Counted from the first letter of the stretch, positions 1 to 10,064 are shown. The stretch is DNA of 51,840 nucleotides from a bacterium (GCA_027348385.1 DAIEPO010000002.1:1-51840), one strand, 5' to 3'. Numbers and translations are program-made. The notes: generated by a model from the sequence alone, not told the origin.

Positions 1-368
1 CAGAAATACAAGTTGTCCCAATTCCAGGTCCCAATGCAGCAATCACAGCACTCTGTGCTTCAGGACTACCAACTGATAAGTTCATATTCCTAGGCTTTGT
101 CCCTAAAACAGAAATTAAGTTCACCAATGAATTAAAAAGTGCCGAAGACTTAGAAGCAACCATCATCTTCTATGAATCCCCACATCGAATCATAAAAAGC
201 GTTGGCTTCATTGCAAACTCTTGGCCTAATGCAAAAGTTGTTGTTGCCAGAGAACTAACTAAAATACACGAAGAATTCATTAGAGGAACAGCCACAGAAG
301 TCAAAACCTTACTTGAAGCAAGAACAAGCATCAAAGGAGAGATAACCGTATTAGTAAGCTTCAAATAA
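1..368 (+). CDS. rsmI: 16S rRNA (cytidine1402-2'-O)-methyltransferase RsmI, 5'-truncated by window edge
   Basis: Frame from base 3 reads EIQVVPIPGPNAAITALCASGLPTDKFIFLGF...IIFYESPHR...VARELTKIHEEFIRG...KGEITV; TAA at 366-368; not in ORF track. Confidence 0.9.
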   Translation, partial: EIQVVPIPGPNAAITALCASGLPTDKFIFLGFVPKTEIKFTNELKSAEDLEATIIFYESPHRIIKSVGFIANSWPNAKVVVARELTKIHEEFIRGTATEVKTLLEARTSIKGEITVLVSFK

Positions 369-369
369 T

Positions 370-1080
370 ATGTCCGGGCATTCTAAATGGGCACAGATCA
401 AAAGAACAAAAGGAGCAGCTGATGTAAAAAAGGGTGCGCTCTTTTCAAAACTTTCAAAACAAATAACTATAGCGGCAAAAAATGGCACTAACCCTGATAC
501 AAACTTCAAACTTCGTCTAGCTATCCTAAAAGCTCGTGAAAATGCAATGCCTAACGATAACATTGATCGAGCAATCAAAAAAGCATCTGGTGCTGAAGCA
601 GGCAACATCCACACCCTGCAATACGAAGGTTACGGGCCAGCAGGCACAGCATTCATTGTTGAAGCTGCTAGTGATAACCCAAACAGAACATTTCAAAACA
701 TGCGCACGATCTTTACAAAAAACGGTGGCAATATCGGACAACCAGGCTCTGTTGCTTGGCAATTTCAAACTAAAGGTCAAATATTGGTTGAAAGAACAGA
801 GGATTTAACTAACATGGAATTAACTGCAATAGATGCAGGAGCAGATGATGTTAGAGAATCAACAGAAGGTCTTGAAATATATACTAAACCTGAAGACTTA
901 GAAAAAATTAAAAATCTCCTTAAAGAAAAAGGTGCAAAAATAGCGCAAGCAGAAATCATCATGGAATCTTCACAAGGAGTTGATCTAACCCCAGAACAAA
1001 TTCCTGCAGTGCACAAACTCTTCGATGCTCTTGCTGATGATGAGGACGTTGTTGCAGTACACACTTCAGCCAACCTTTAA
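370..1080 (+). CDS. yebC: YebC/PmpR family protein
   Basis: MSGHSKWAQIKRTKG N-terminus, YEGYGPAG motif; adjacent to ruvC. Confidence 0.95.
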   Translation: MSGHSKWAQIKRTKGAADVKKGALFSKLSKQITIAAKNGTNPDTNFKLRLAILKARENAMPNDNIDRAIKKASGAEAGNIHTLQYEGYGPAGTAFIVEAASDNPNRTFQNMRTIFTKNGGNIGQPGSVAWQFQTKGQILVERTEDLTNMELTAIDAGADDVRESTEGLEIYTKPEDLEKIKNLLKEKGAKIAQAEIIMESSQGVDLTPEQIPAVHKLFDALADDEDVVAVHTSANL

Positions 1081-1088
1081 CAAAAAAT

Positions 1089-1562
1089 ATGATCATACTA
1101 GGAATAGATCCAGGGACAGCCACAACAGGTTATGCCCTAATCAAAAAACAAAAGAATAACAGCTTTGAAATAGTTGATTTTGGAGTAATCTCAACCAAAA
1201 AAACAAAGAGCGATTCAGAAAGACTTTTAGAAGTCCAAAAAGATCTTGCTAAAATAATTACAAGGTACAAACCTGAAATTGCTGGTGTTGAAAAACTCTA
1301 CTTTGAAAACAATGCTAAAACCGCAATGACAGTCTCCCAAGCAAGAGGGGTGGTGCTTTTAACACTACAACAAAAAAAAGTTAAACTTCTAGAATTTACG
1401 CCACTTCAGGTTAAATCAATGATTTGTGGATATGGTAAAGCAGAAAAAAAACAAGTTCAACTAATGGTTCAAAAAACATTCAATTTAAAATCTTTACCAA
1501 AACCAGATGATGCGGCCGATGCTTTAGCCATAGCACTATGCGCTGGTTTCAAAAAAATATGA
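1089..1562 (+). CDS. ruvC: Holliday junction resolvase RuvC
   Basis: ILGIDPG, VEKLYF, QARGV, PDDAADALAIA motifs. Confidence 0.95.
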   Translation: MIILGIDPGTATTGYALIKKQKNNSFEIVDFGVISTKKTKSDSERLLEVQKDLAKIITRYKPEIAGVEKLYFENNAKTAMTVSQARGVVLLTLQQKKVKLLEFTPLQVKSMICGYGKAEKKQVQLMVQKTFNLKSLPKPDDAADALAIALCAGFKKI

Positions 1563-3319
1563 ACAAAAATCTGACAAAAGAAACAATCAAAATATACTGG
1601 GACCATTCAAAAAAATACCGCTGGAATTTTGCTTTGATGATTCTTGCTTTAATTGGTGGGGTAGCAGCTGACCTTTATCGACCTTTCCTTTACAAAGCGC
1701 TATTCAATGAATTAATTTCCGATCAACCTGGCGTTGAAGCCAGACTCTTAACAATCTTGGTATACATGTTAATCGCCGGTTTAATTTCCTGGGTTTTTTG
1801 GAGAGCAGCAACTTTTCTAAACCAATACTTTGAGTTAAAAACAATTCGCGATCTAACGAACACTTGCTTTGCATACCTCCACCAACACTCATACAGCTTT
1901 TTCAACAACAACTTTGCTGGAAGCTTAGTACGTAAAGTCAACAAATTTTCAAGATCATATGAACAAATTGTTGATATCGCTTACTGGAACATTGGTCAAA
2001 TTGTTTTAAGGATCTTAATAATTGTCACTATTTTGTTTACAAAATACTGGTTAGTGGGAATAGTCGTGCTAGCCTGGGCAGTAGCATACATTAGTTTCCA
2101 ATTCTTCTTTTCAGAATACAAACTCAAATATGACATAGAAAGATCAAAGATAGACAGCCAGGTAACGGGTCAGTTAGCAGATACAATTTCAAACAATGTA
2201 AACATCAAGCTTTTTGGAACATTAAACTTTGAGATAAAATCATTCAAAGCTTTGGTTGATAAATGGTACAAAGTCCAACACTTTAGCTGGACACTAGCGG
2301 GTGTTGCAGAAATGATTCAGTCGCTATTAATGCTTAGCCTGGAGATCTGTGTTTTTTACTTTGCTATAAAATACAGAGAGGTAGCGCACCTTTCAGTTGG
2401 TGACTTTGTATTAATACAGATATATATAATAGGGCTGTTTGACCACCTCTGGGGTTTTGGTAAAAACATCCGTAAATATTACGAAGCAATGTCTGATGCT
2501 GAAGAAATGACCAGCCTACTGCTTACTGCGCATGGCATACAGGATACGCCAAATGCAAAGACCTTGGTAGTTAAAGAAGGAGCTATTACGTTTAAAAATG
2601 TTGAATTTGGTTATGAGCAAACCGGAACAGTGCTTAAGAAATTCGATTTAAACATAAAAGCTGGAGAAAAAATTGCCTTAATTGGCCCTTCTGGGGGAGG
2701 TAAATCAACAATCACTAGAATAATCTTTAGGTTCTTTGATCTACAAAAAGGAAAAGTCTTCATTGATAATCAAGACATTGCAAAAGTTACCCAAACAAGC
2801 TTAAGAGAAAATATTTCTCTGGTTCCTCAAGAACCGATTCTTTTCCATAGATCTCTGATGGAAAATATTCGTTATGGCAAACTTGATGCAACTGATACAG
2901 AAGTGGAAGCAGCTGCAAAACTTGCTCACTGCGATGAATTTATCAAAAAGTTTCCCGAGCAATACAAAACATTTGTTGGTGAGAGAGGTGTTAAACTCTC
3001 TGGCGGTGAAAGACAAAGAATAGCAATTGCCAGAGCAATTTTAAAAAATGCTCCAATTTTAGTTCTTGATGAAGCAACCTCCTCTCTTGATTCAGAATCT
3101 GAAAAACTAATTCAGGACGCTCTTGTAAACCTAATGCGTGGTAAGACAACAATTGTCATTGCGCACAGACTTTCAACAATTATGAACATGGATAGAATAA
3201 TTGTCATTGAAAATGGGGAGATAACTGAAGAGGGTAAACACAAAGAACTTCTCAAAGCAAACAAAGGAACATATCAAAGACTCTGGCAAATCCAAGCCGG
3301 AGGATTCAACAAAGCATAA
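1559..3319 (+). CDS. ABC exporter, fused transmembrane + ATPase domains
   Basis: Hydrophobic N-half; Walker A GPSGGGKS, LSGGERQR, ILVLDEATS; start placed at the ATGA overlap with the ruvC stop. Confidence 0.9.
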   Translation: MNKNLTKETIKIYWDHSKKYRWNFALMILALIGGVAADLYRPFLYKALFNELISDQPGVEARLLTILVYMLIAGLISWVFWRAATFLNQYFELKTIRDLTNTCFAYLHQHSYSFFNNNFAGSLVRKVNKFSRSYEQIVDIAYWNIGQIVLRILIIVTILFTKYWLVGIVVLAWAVAYISFQFFFSEYKLKYDIERSKIDSQVTGQLADTISNNVNIKLFGTLNFEIKSFKALVDKWYKVQHFSWTLAGVAEMIQSLLMLSLEICVFYFAIKYREVAHLSVGDFVLIQIYIIGLFDHLWGFGKNIRKYYEAMSDAEEMTSLLLTAHGIQDTPNAKTLVVKEGAITFKNVEFGYEQTGTVLKKFDLNIKAGEKIALIGPSGGGKSTITRIIFRFFDLQKGKVFIDNQDIAKVTQTSLRENISLVPQEPILFHRSLMENIRYGKLDATDTEVEAAAKLAHCDEFIKKFPEQYKTFVGERGVKLSGGERQRIAIARAILKNAPILVLDEATSSLDSESEKLIQDALVNLMRGKTTIVIAHRLSTIMNMDRIIVIENGEITEEGKHKELLKANKGTYQRLWQIQAGGFNKA

Positions 3320-3346
3320 AAAAACAGGGCCCTAAGCCCTGTTTTT
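3320..3346. terminator. Bidirectional intrinsic terminator
   Basis: AAAAACAGGGC-cctaa-GCCCTGTTTTT between convergent genes. Confidence 0.85.
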
Positions 3347-4517
3347 AAACGATCTTTACAAAATTTCGTTTACCTACAGAAACAATTGAATCTTTGGGAA
3401 CAATGGAGATATAGCTTTCACAAGTCTTACCGTTTATCTTAACCCCTCCCTGATCAATCAAACGCCTGGCAACAGTATTACTTTGAGCAAGTCCTGTACC
3501 TATAAGAACCTCCATAATACTTCGTTCTGCAAGCTTAAAACCCTTTAAATTCGTAGGTATCTCCTTGTCCTTGTGCACCTTATCAAACTCTTCTCGCGCA
3601 TGTTCTGCGGCCTTGTTGCCATGATACAAACGCACCAATTCTGTTGCTAGACGAGCCTTGGCATCTCTTGGATTTAACTTACCAGATTTCAATTCTTTTT
3701 CTAGCTCTTCAATTTCAACAAGAGGAATGTGTGGAGTGCACATCACAAAATATGGCACAATCAAACGATCAAGAATAGACATGGTCTTACCAAACATTTG
3801 TGTTGGTGAATCTGTGATGTTTATAACATTACCCCAAGATGAACTCATCTTTCTACCATCAGTTCCTTCTAACAAATCAAAAGTCATAATTTCCTGAGGT
3901 GTTTGTTTGTAAAAACGTTGTAAGACTCTACCAGCAAGTAAATTAAAACGCTGATCTGTACCACCAACTTCTAGATCAGACTTGATTGCTACGGAATCAT
4001 AACCCTGCATCAGGGGATAGAGTAGCTCTCTTAAACTAACACGTTTTTGTTCTTTCATTCTTCTGGAAATATTTTCTCGGGCTTCAAACTCATGCAAAGA
4101 AAACTGGTCTGCCTGCTCTGCGATCTCTAAATATCCTAACTTTTTCAACCACTTTGAATTATAATGTATCTCTGCTTTCTTTAAATCAATGATTTTACCA
4201 AACTGAGATATGTAATTTTTCATGTTTGCTTTAACTTCCTTTGAAGAAAGCATTGGTCGTTCACTATCTTTGTCTGAAGTATCACCAATCAACCCCGTAA
4301 AATCTCCGATAATCAAAACTATTTTATGCCCAGCATTCTGCAAAGCTCTGAGCTTCCACAAAACAACAGCTCTACCAATATGAATTGATTTTGCTGTTGG
4401 ATCAATACCTAATTTAACACGTAGTTTCTTTTTACCAGCGAGTCGTTTCTTTAAACTAATTGGATCAATAATCTCATTAACACCACGGGTCAATATTTCG
4501 GATATATCTGTTTTCAT
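3345..4517 (-). CDS. tyrS: Tyrosine--tRNA ligase
   Basis: GIDPT..HIGR, YPLMQGYD, GGTDQRFN, KMSSS, C-terminal S4-like domain; start MKTDISEIL lies 6 nt after TATAAT. Confidence 0.95.
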   Translation of the reverse strand: MKTDISEILTRGVNEIIDPISLKKRLAGKKKLRVKLGIDPTAKSIHIGRAVVLWKLRALQNAGHKIVLIIGDFTGLIGDTSDKDSERPMLSSKEVKANMKNYISQFGKIIDLKKAEIHYNSKWLKKLGYLEIAEQADQFSLHEFEARENISRRMKEQKRVSLRELLYPLMQGYDSVAIKSDLEVGGTDQRFNLLAGRVLQRFYKQTPQEIMTFDLLEGTDGRKMSSSWGNVINITDSPTQMFGKTMSILDRLIVPYFVMCTPHIPLVEIEELEKELKSGKLNPRDAKARLATELVRLYHGNKAAEHAREEFDKVHKDKEIPTNLKGFKLAERSIMEVLIGTGLAQSNTVARRLIDQGGVKINGKTCESYISIVPKDSIVSVGKRNFVKIV

Positions 4518-4523
4518 GTTGAT

Positions 4524-4556
4524 ATTATAGCAACTTTTTAGCATCTAAGATATAAT
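4524..4556. promoter_or_regulatory. Divergent leaderless -10 elements for tyrS and the PBP gene
   Basis: TATAAT (minus, 4524-4529) 6 nt before tyrS ATG; TATAAT (plus, 4551-4556) 6 nt before PBP ATG. Confidence 0.7.
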
Positions 4557-4562
4557 CCATGT

Positions 4563-7076
4563 ATGAATAAAATAAACTACTACCGCCCACAAGCATATAT
4601 TAAAAAGGGCGCTGGTTTCTGGAAAAAACTAAAAACAGCAATAAAAACAAAGCGTTTTTGGACCTGGGTAGTGCGCCTAGCAGCCTTAGGCTTTGCCACT
4701 TTAGCTTTCCTTTTCATCTGGTATTCAAAAGATCTCCCTGATCCAAACCGCCTGCTTTCAAGACAAGTTGCTCAATCAACAAAAATCCTTTCTCGGGATG
4801 GTGATCTGCTTTATGAAGTGCACGGTGAATACAAACGCACCCTCATTCCATATTCTGAAATGAATGACTATGTTAGAAATGCAACCATTGCCATAGAAGA
4901 TAAAAACTTCTACAACGAAAGTGGTATCAATCTCAAAGGAATTATGCGTTCTGTTTTTGTAAACTTTGTTTCTGGAAGCAAAGTTCAAGGTGGTAGCACC
5001 ATTACCCAACAGTTTGTTAAAAATGCAATCTTAACAAGAGAAAAAACCTGGGCTAGAAAAATAAAGGAGATAATTCTTTCAATTGAAATAAATGAAAGAT
5101 TCTCAAAAGATGACATCCTAAAACTCTACCTCAATGAAATACCGTATGGTAGCAATGCTTACGGTATTGAAGCTGCTGCTCAAACATACTTCAACAAACA
5201 TGCTAAAGACTTAACACTAGCAGAGGCAGCTTACATGGCAGCCCTACCACAATCACCAACCTACTACCAACCAAATGGTAGTCACAGAGATGCGCTTGAT
5301 GCCAGGAAAAATACTGTACTTTCTGAAATGAAAAAACAAGGTTACATTACTGAAGAACAATACAACCAAGCAAAAAAGGAAGAAGTGGTTTTCCAAAAAA
5401 TAAGGAACAGGATACTAGCACCTCACTTTGTGCAATACATTCAAAGCTACGTTACTGCAAAATATGGCGATGCAAACCTTGAAAGTGGGGGACTAAAAAT
5501 CACAACAACACTTGATTTAAAACTACAAGAAAAAGCGGAAAAGGCAGTGGAAGATGGAGTTGTAAAAAATGCTAAATCCTACAATGGAAACAATGCAGCT
5601 CTCGTTGCAATAGACCCTAAAACAGGGCAAATTCTGGCTATGGTTGGCTCTAAAGACTTCTTTGGAGAATCGACTCCAACAGGCTGTAAATCAGGCCTGA
5701 ACTGTACTTTTGAAGCAGAAGTTAACGTTGCTACCGCATTAAGACAAGCTGGTTCTTCAATGAAACCATATATTTATGTCACAGCTTTCAAACCAGAATT
5801 TGCACAAGCTCCAGCAACCTTGCGTTTAGATGTAGAAACAAACTTTGGAAAATACGGTAACAAAGATTACATCCCAAAAAACTACAATGGCCAAGTTCAT
5901 GGACCAGTTTCAATCAGACAAGCACTTGCGGGATCTTTAAACATTCCTGCAGTTAAAACTCTTGATTTAATTGGAGTTGATAACGCGGTTCAAACAATGC
6001 GTGATGTTGGTATTACCAGTCCTCTAAAAGACTGTGGTCTGTCCTTAGTACTTGGGGGATGCGAAGTAACCTTGGTTGATCATGTTAGTGGTTATGCAAC
6101 ATTTGCAAACGAAGGTGTGCATCACGAGACAGCGGGAATCTTGAAAATTGAAGATGCTAATGGAAACATTCTAGAAGAATACAAAGATCAAAGTAAGGAA
6201 GTTCTTGATCCTCAAAGCGTCTATGAATTAATCAGCATCATGACTGACAACGAATCAAGACAATTCACCTTTGGCTCAAGCTCAATATACCTAACACTTC
6301 CTGGAAGACCTGTGGCTGCAAAAACAGGAACAACACAAAACTTCCATGATGGCTGGGCGGTTGGATTTACTCCATCACTGGTTGCTGGAGTATGGACTGG
6401 AAACAATGATGGCGCTTTGATGAAAACAGATGCAGTCATTACTGCTGCACCAATTTGGAAACAATTCATGACTGAAGCGTTAAAAGACACTCCAGTTGAA
6501 CAATTCCCAGTACCAGATGGCATTCAAACCATCACAGTTGATGCACTTTCCGGAAAACTCCCAGGTGCATACACTACAGCAACAAAAACAGATGTTTTCG
6601 CAAGCTTTTCAGTACCAAAAGAATACGATGATCTACACCTTGCTGGTGGAGTCACGGTGCTACATTCAGAACGACCAGATAATATCTCCTGGGAACAACC
6701 TGTCGCAACCTGGGCTCTTAACCACGGCTATTCCTACATTCCAAAAGGAGACATGCCTATAGTTCAACCACCACAAATACCAGGACAAATAGACGTCGGC
6801 AGCCCACCAACAATCACAGTGATTGCACCAACAGATGGTTCTACTATCTCACAAGTACCTTTCTTCATTCAAGCACAAGTATCTCCTGATACAAACAACA
6901 AAATTGATAGAGTTGATCTATTAATCGACGGCTCATTTGTTCAAAGCTTAAACTTTGAACCTTACAGTTTCCAGATATCCCAGCAATTACCATCTGGTTT
7001 ACATTCTTTTGCACTGCATGCTGTTGATGACAAAGGGAATACTGCAGACACAAGCATCAAATTAAAATTTAAATAG
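4563..7076 (+). CDS. Class A penicillin-binding protein (transglycosylase/transpeptidase) with C-terminal Ig-like domain
   Basis: N-terminal TM; EDKNFY, GGSTITQQ, RKIKE; SSMK, SLN, KTGT motifs; C-terminal beta-rich tail. Confidence 0.92.
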   Translation: MNKINYYRPQAYIKKGAGFWKKLKTAIKTKRFWTWVVRLAALGFATLAFLFIWYSKDLPDPNRLLSRQVAQSTKILSRDGDLLYEVHGEYKRTLIPYSEMNDYVRNATIAIEDKNFYNESGINLKGIMRSVFVNFVSGSKVQGGSTITQQFVKNAILTREKTWARKIKEIILSIEINERFSKDDILKLYLNEIPYGSNAYGIEAAAQTYFNKHAKDLTLAEAAYMAALPQSPTYYQPNGSHRDALDARKNTVLSEMKKQGYITEEQYNQAKKEEVVFQKIRNRILAPHFVQYIQSYVTAKYGDANLESGGLKITTTLDLKLQEKAEKAVEDGVVKNAKSYNGNNAALVAIDPKTGQILAMVGSKDFFGESTPTGCKSGLNCTFEAEVNVATALRQAGSSMKPYIYVTAFKPEFAQAPATLRLDVETNFGKYGNKDYIPKNYNGQVHGPVSIRQALAGSLNIPAVKTLDLIGVDNAVQTMRDVGITSPLKDCGLSLVLGGCEVTLVDHVSGYATFANEGVHHETAGILKIEDANGNILEEYKDQSKEVLDPQSVYELISIMTDNESRQFTFGSSSIYLTLPGRPVAAKTGTTQNFHDGWAVGFTPSLVAGVWTGNNDGALMKTDAVITAAPIWKQFMTEALKDTPVEQFPVPDGIQTITVDALSGKLPGAYTTATKTDVFASFSVPKEYDDLHLAGGVTVLHSERPDNISWEQPVATWALNHGYSYIPKGDMPIVQPPQIPGQIDVGSPPTITVIAPTDGSTISQVPFFIQAQVSPDTNNKIDRVDLLIDGSFVQSLNFEPYSFQISQQLPSGLHSFALHAVDDKGNTADTSIKLKFK

Positions 7077-8237
7077 ATGTTCTATTTACTTTCCCTGCTA
7101 TTTATCCTTGCTCCTAGTTATGTAATCCGCTTTTCAATTTTTGGGCTACCAAGCAATTTACTTGAATTGTTGGTAGCTTTGTTTTTAGTCTGCTTCATTA
7201 TTTGGATAACTAAAAACAAACTGAGCAAGGAGTTTAAGGAATACATTCAAGCACAACCAAAGTTCTTCAAAACTTTTTTCCTCCTCTTTTTTATTTCTGG
7301 TTTTATCTCAACCTTTGTTGCACCTGACTTACAAAAAGCAGCCGGACAATTCTTAGTCTTGTTCTTAATGCCGATGCTAGTATATTTTCCTGCTGGTTTC
7401 ATTCTTGCAAACCCAATAAACAAAATACGATTTGTAAAAATTCTTTTCCTTGCAGTTGGAATAGTTTCAATCTATGGCATAATCCAATACTTTACTTTGA
7501 TTGGACTACCGAGTCAGTGGTGGGGCAATGCTAATGAACCAAAAAGAATACTAAGTTTCTTTGAATACCCAAATGCTTTTGCTTTATTTTTAGCTCCGCT
7601 TCTAGCATTCCTTCTTCCCTTTGTAAGACAGAGTGGCTTAAAAAATCTGGTCTACAAAGCATCATATGGCCTGGGTTTGATCGCTTTGCTACTAACACTC
7701 TCAAGGGGTGGCTGGCTTGGTTTACTTGTAGCCTTAGGCGTTTATACCCTTTTCTTTGCAGGCAAAAAAGAACGTTTTGTAGCCCTGACAGGCTTTGTTC
7801 TAGCGTCTATCATGGTCCTTGCAACCCCTAACTTAAGATACAGGGTTATTCTTCCTTTTATGGGTGAAAAATCAACAGTTAGTAGGTTTTCCCTTTGGCA
7901 AACTGCTGACAAAATGATTAATGACTCACCAATATTAGGCAAGGGTTTGACTGGTTTTAAAAGCAACTACGATCAATTCAATACTGATCCAAACCTTGCT
8001 TCATTAAACTATCCTCACAACATTTTCTTAAACTTTTGGGTAGAAACAGGGCTGTTGGGATTAATTTCGTTCTTAGGATTAAGCTACTTCTTTATAACTA
8101 AAGCGATTAAACAAAAAGGGTTGCTTAGTGTTGCAACAATCTTGTTTTTAACTGCACTGTACTTCCACGGTCTTGCAGATGCGCCGTATTTAAAAAATGA
8201 TCTGGCTTTAATATTTTGGATACTGTTGAGCTTATAA
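7077..8237 (+). CDS. O-antigen ligase family (Wzy_C) membrane protein
   Basis: Multi-TM; YPNAFA, TLSRGGW, YPHNIFL motifs. Confidence 0.85.
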   Translation: MFYLLSLLFILAPSYVIRFSIFGLPSNLLELLVALFLVCFIIWITKNKLSKEFKEYIQAQPKFFKTFFLLFFISGFISTFVAPDLQKAAGQFLVLFLMPMLVYFPAGFILANPINKIRFVKILFLAVGIVSIYGIIQYFTLIGLPSQWWGNANEPKRILSFFEYPNAFALFLAPLLAFLLPFVRQSGLKNLVYKASYGLGLIALLLTLSRGGWLGLLVALGVYTLFFAGKKERFVALTGFVLASIMVLATPNLRYRVILPFMGEKSTVSRFSLWQTADKMINDSPILGKGLTGFKSNYDQFNTDPNLASLNYPHNIFLNFWVETGLLGLISFLGLSYFFITKAIKQKGLLSVATILFLTALYFHGLADAPYLKNDLALIFWILLSL

Positions 8238-8292
8238 AACAAAGCCCCGCATTTAGCGGGGCTTTTTCTGACAAGTAGAATATCAGCTTACC
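8236..8292 (-). ncRNA. Candidate ~55-nt small RNA (orphan promoter-to-terminator unit)
   Basis: TTGACA(8322-8327)-17nt-TATTCT(8299-8304) fires into the 8241-8265 hairpin with no ORF between; internal hairpin CTGATA/TGTCAG. Confidence 0.4.
8241..8267. terminator. Intrinsic terminator, probably bidirectional
   Basis: AAAGCCCCGC-attta-GCGGGGCTTTTT. Confidence 0.85.
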
Positions 8293-8515
8293 AAACTCAG
8301 AATATTAATTTTGATTCATCCTGTCAATTTGTGTCTATGAATCAAACACCATTAGTAATAATGTTATAAAAAATTTAAGATGGTTTATTAGAAAATATAA
8401 GTTGGTAATCTACCCTCAAAACACCAATAATTGATGTGTTAAGGGCAGAGGGTTCTCAATTCATTTTGTAGTGAATCAGAACCCTTCCCGTATATTCGGC
8501 CGTTTAGTGGCCTGA

Positions 8516-9040
8516 TTATTCCTCCTGTTTAGCTGTGCTTTTTTGCCACTCACTCCACCTGCGATGGTAGCTCGGGAGCTCGCGGTCTTCACCAATGGGA
8601 TCTTTATATCCTGCACCTGTACTATGACCCCCATTTGCGGCAATGATTTCCGCTTCGGTGAACTCTCCGCTCGGTACTGGCGTAAATCCATGTTGAGTCC
8701 AGTAACCCAGACCATGGATAGTCTCTCCTTTGGTTTTATTCGATTTGACTCCATTGTTCTTCGCGACCGAATGTTGAATCTTCTTGCTTAGAGAAATTAA
8801 TAGCAAAAAAATTTCAACTATATCATTCGCTGGCAGGGCCGCTTCCTCTGCAGCAACCCATATAGTGTTCATCACGGATCTCTCTTGTTCGACGTTCTCG
8901 ACCGGAATTCTAAGCTCTGCTTTTGCCATTCCAACCCTCTCTGCTACAGCCATCCTTTTAGCAATCAGCTTAAGGATTTGTAGATCGATTTTCTTGATTC
9001 TGCTTCGCAGGTTCAGAAGCCGGTGTTCATAATTGTTCAT
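8516..9040 (-). CDS. Chorismate mutase (AroQ type) with ~80-aa C-terminal extension
   Basis: LRSRIKKIDLQILKLIAKRMAVAERVGMAK...VENVEQE...SKKIQ pattern; GGAGG RBS; operon context. Confidence 0.8.
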   Translation of the reverse strand: MNNYEHRLLNLRSRIKKIDLQILKLIAKRMAVAERVGMAKAELRIPVENVEQERSVMNTIWVAAEEAALPANDIVEIFLLLISLSKKIQHSVAKNNGVKSNKTKGETIHGLGYWTQHGFTPVPSGEFTEAEIIAANGGHSTGAGYKDPIGEDRELPSYHRRWSEWQKSTAKQEE

Positions 9041-9058
9041 GGGTACCCCTCCATTGCT

Positions 9059-9895
9059 CTAGATGCAAGCAGAAATCAATTCCAGTTTGTACATCATGTA
9101 TCTGAACTGAAACAAGTTAAGTGATTGTGCACCGTCAGTTAACGCTTTTCTAGGATTGGGATGTACTTCAATAATGAGTCCGTTCGCGCCTGCTGCGATA
9201 GCCGCATAGCATAAAGCAGGAACAATATCACTGCGTCCGGCAGCATGGCTCGGATCAATGATGACAGGCAAATCAGTCATTGATTGCAGCACGGGTACAG
9301 CCGATATATCTAGAAGGTTCCTGGTGCAGCTATCAAAGCTGCGTAATCCACGTTCGCACAGAATTACCTGATCGTGGCCTCCTGCGTTCATAACGTATTC
9401 TGCGGCGAGCAAGAATTCCTTGATTGTCGCAGAAGGCCCCCGCTTCAGCAGGACAGGTTTCCCTGTTACTCCCGCTGCTTCGAGCAATGCGAAGTTTTGC
9501 ATGTTTCGTGCGCCAATTTGGATCGCATCAGCGTAGGAAGCGACCAGGTCAACATGTCGGGTATCCATTGCCTCAGTCACTACCGGCATATTGGTTTGAT
9601 TACTAACTTCGCGTAGAATTCGCAGTCCTTCCTCCTGCATTCCCCGAAATTCATATGGAGATGTTCTAGGTTTGAAAGCGCCGCCACGCAAGACTGTTGC
9701 CCCAGAACTCTGCACAGAACGAGCGGTTTGTTCCATCATTTCCAGCCCTTCTACTGAACATGGACCAGCAATCACAAACGGTCTGCGGTGCTGTGGTTGA
9801 AGATCACATCCACCAATATGCACATGTCCGATCTTAACCAAATTTTGGTGCTTCTTAACAGGAACTGCTTTCTCGTAACGCATTTTTCTTGTCAT
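9059..9895 (-). CDS. aroF: DAHP synthase type I-beta (no evident N-terminal regulatory domain)
   Basis: [40 protein letters not shown] motifs; start MTRKMR with GGAGA RBS. Confidence 0.92.
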   Translation of the reverse strand: MTRKMRYEKAVPVKKHQNLVKIGHVHIGGCDLQPQHRRPFVIAGPCSVEGLEMMEQTARSVQSSGATVLRGGAFKPRTSPYEFRGMQEEGLRILREVSNQTNMPVVTEAMDTRHVDLVASYADAIQIGARNMQNFALLEAAGVTGKPVLLKRGPSATIKEFLLAAEYVMNAGGHDQVILCERGLRSFDSCTRNLLDISAVPVLQSMTDLPVIIDPSHAAGRSDIVPALCYAAIAAGANGLIIEVHPNPRKALTDGAQSLNLFQFRYMMYKLELISACI

Positions 9896-9933
9896 TGTAT
9901 TTCTCCAGAGAGGGACAAGGGACGTGGTAAGGT

Positions 9934-9945
9934 TGTTAAAGAACA
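9934..9945 (-). promoter_or_regulatory. boxA-like Nus antitermination element
   Basis: TGTTCTTTAACA, one mismatch to consensus TGCTCTTTAACA, directly after the attenuator U-tract. Confidence 0.55.
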
Positions 9946-9946
9946 C

Positions 9947-10011
9947 AAAAAAGCTTCCTGGCCAAAGCCAGGAAGCTTGAGTCGATTTTTCCAACTCAAA
10001 ATCCCTAGCTT
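9947..10011 (-). terminator. Internal attenuator: terminator plus antiterminator
   Basis: Terminator AAGCTTCCTGGC-tttg-GCCAGGAAGCTT-TTTT (9978-9947); AAGCTAGGGA (10011-10002) can pair with TTCCTGGCTT of the terminator 5' arm and loop. Confidence 0.8.
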
Positions 10012-10064
10012 CAGCCAGGCATAAAATAAAAGTAAAAAGATTGTGTATAAAGTTTTTTCATCAT
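10011..10064 (-). CDS. Phe/Tyr-rich leader peptide 2 ([17 protein letters not shown])
   Basis: 17-aa ORF with FYFYF run; first ATG overlaps the TGA of the upstream gene (ATGA); followed by attenuator hairpins. Confidence 0.78.
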   Translation of the reverse strand: MMKKLYTQSFYFYFMPG

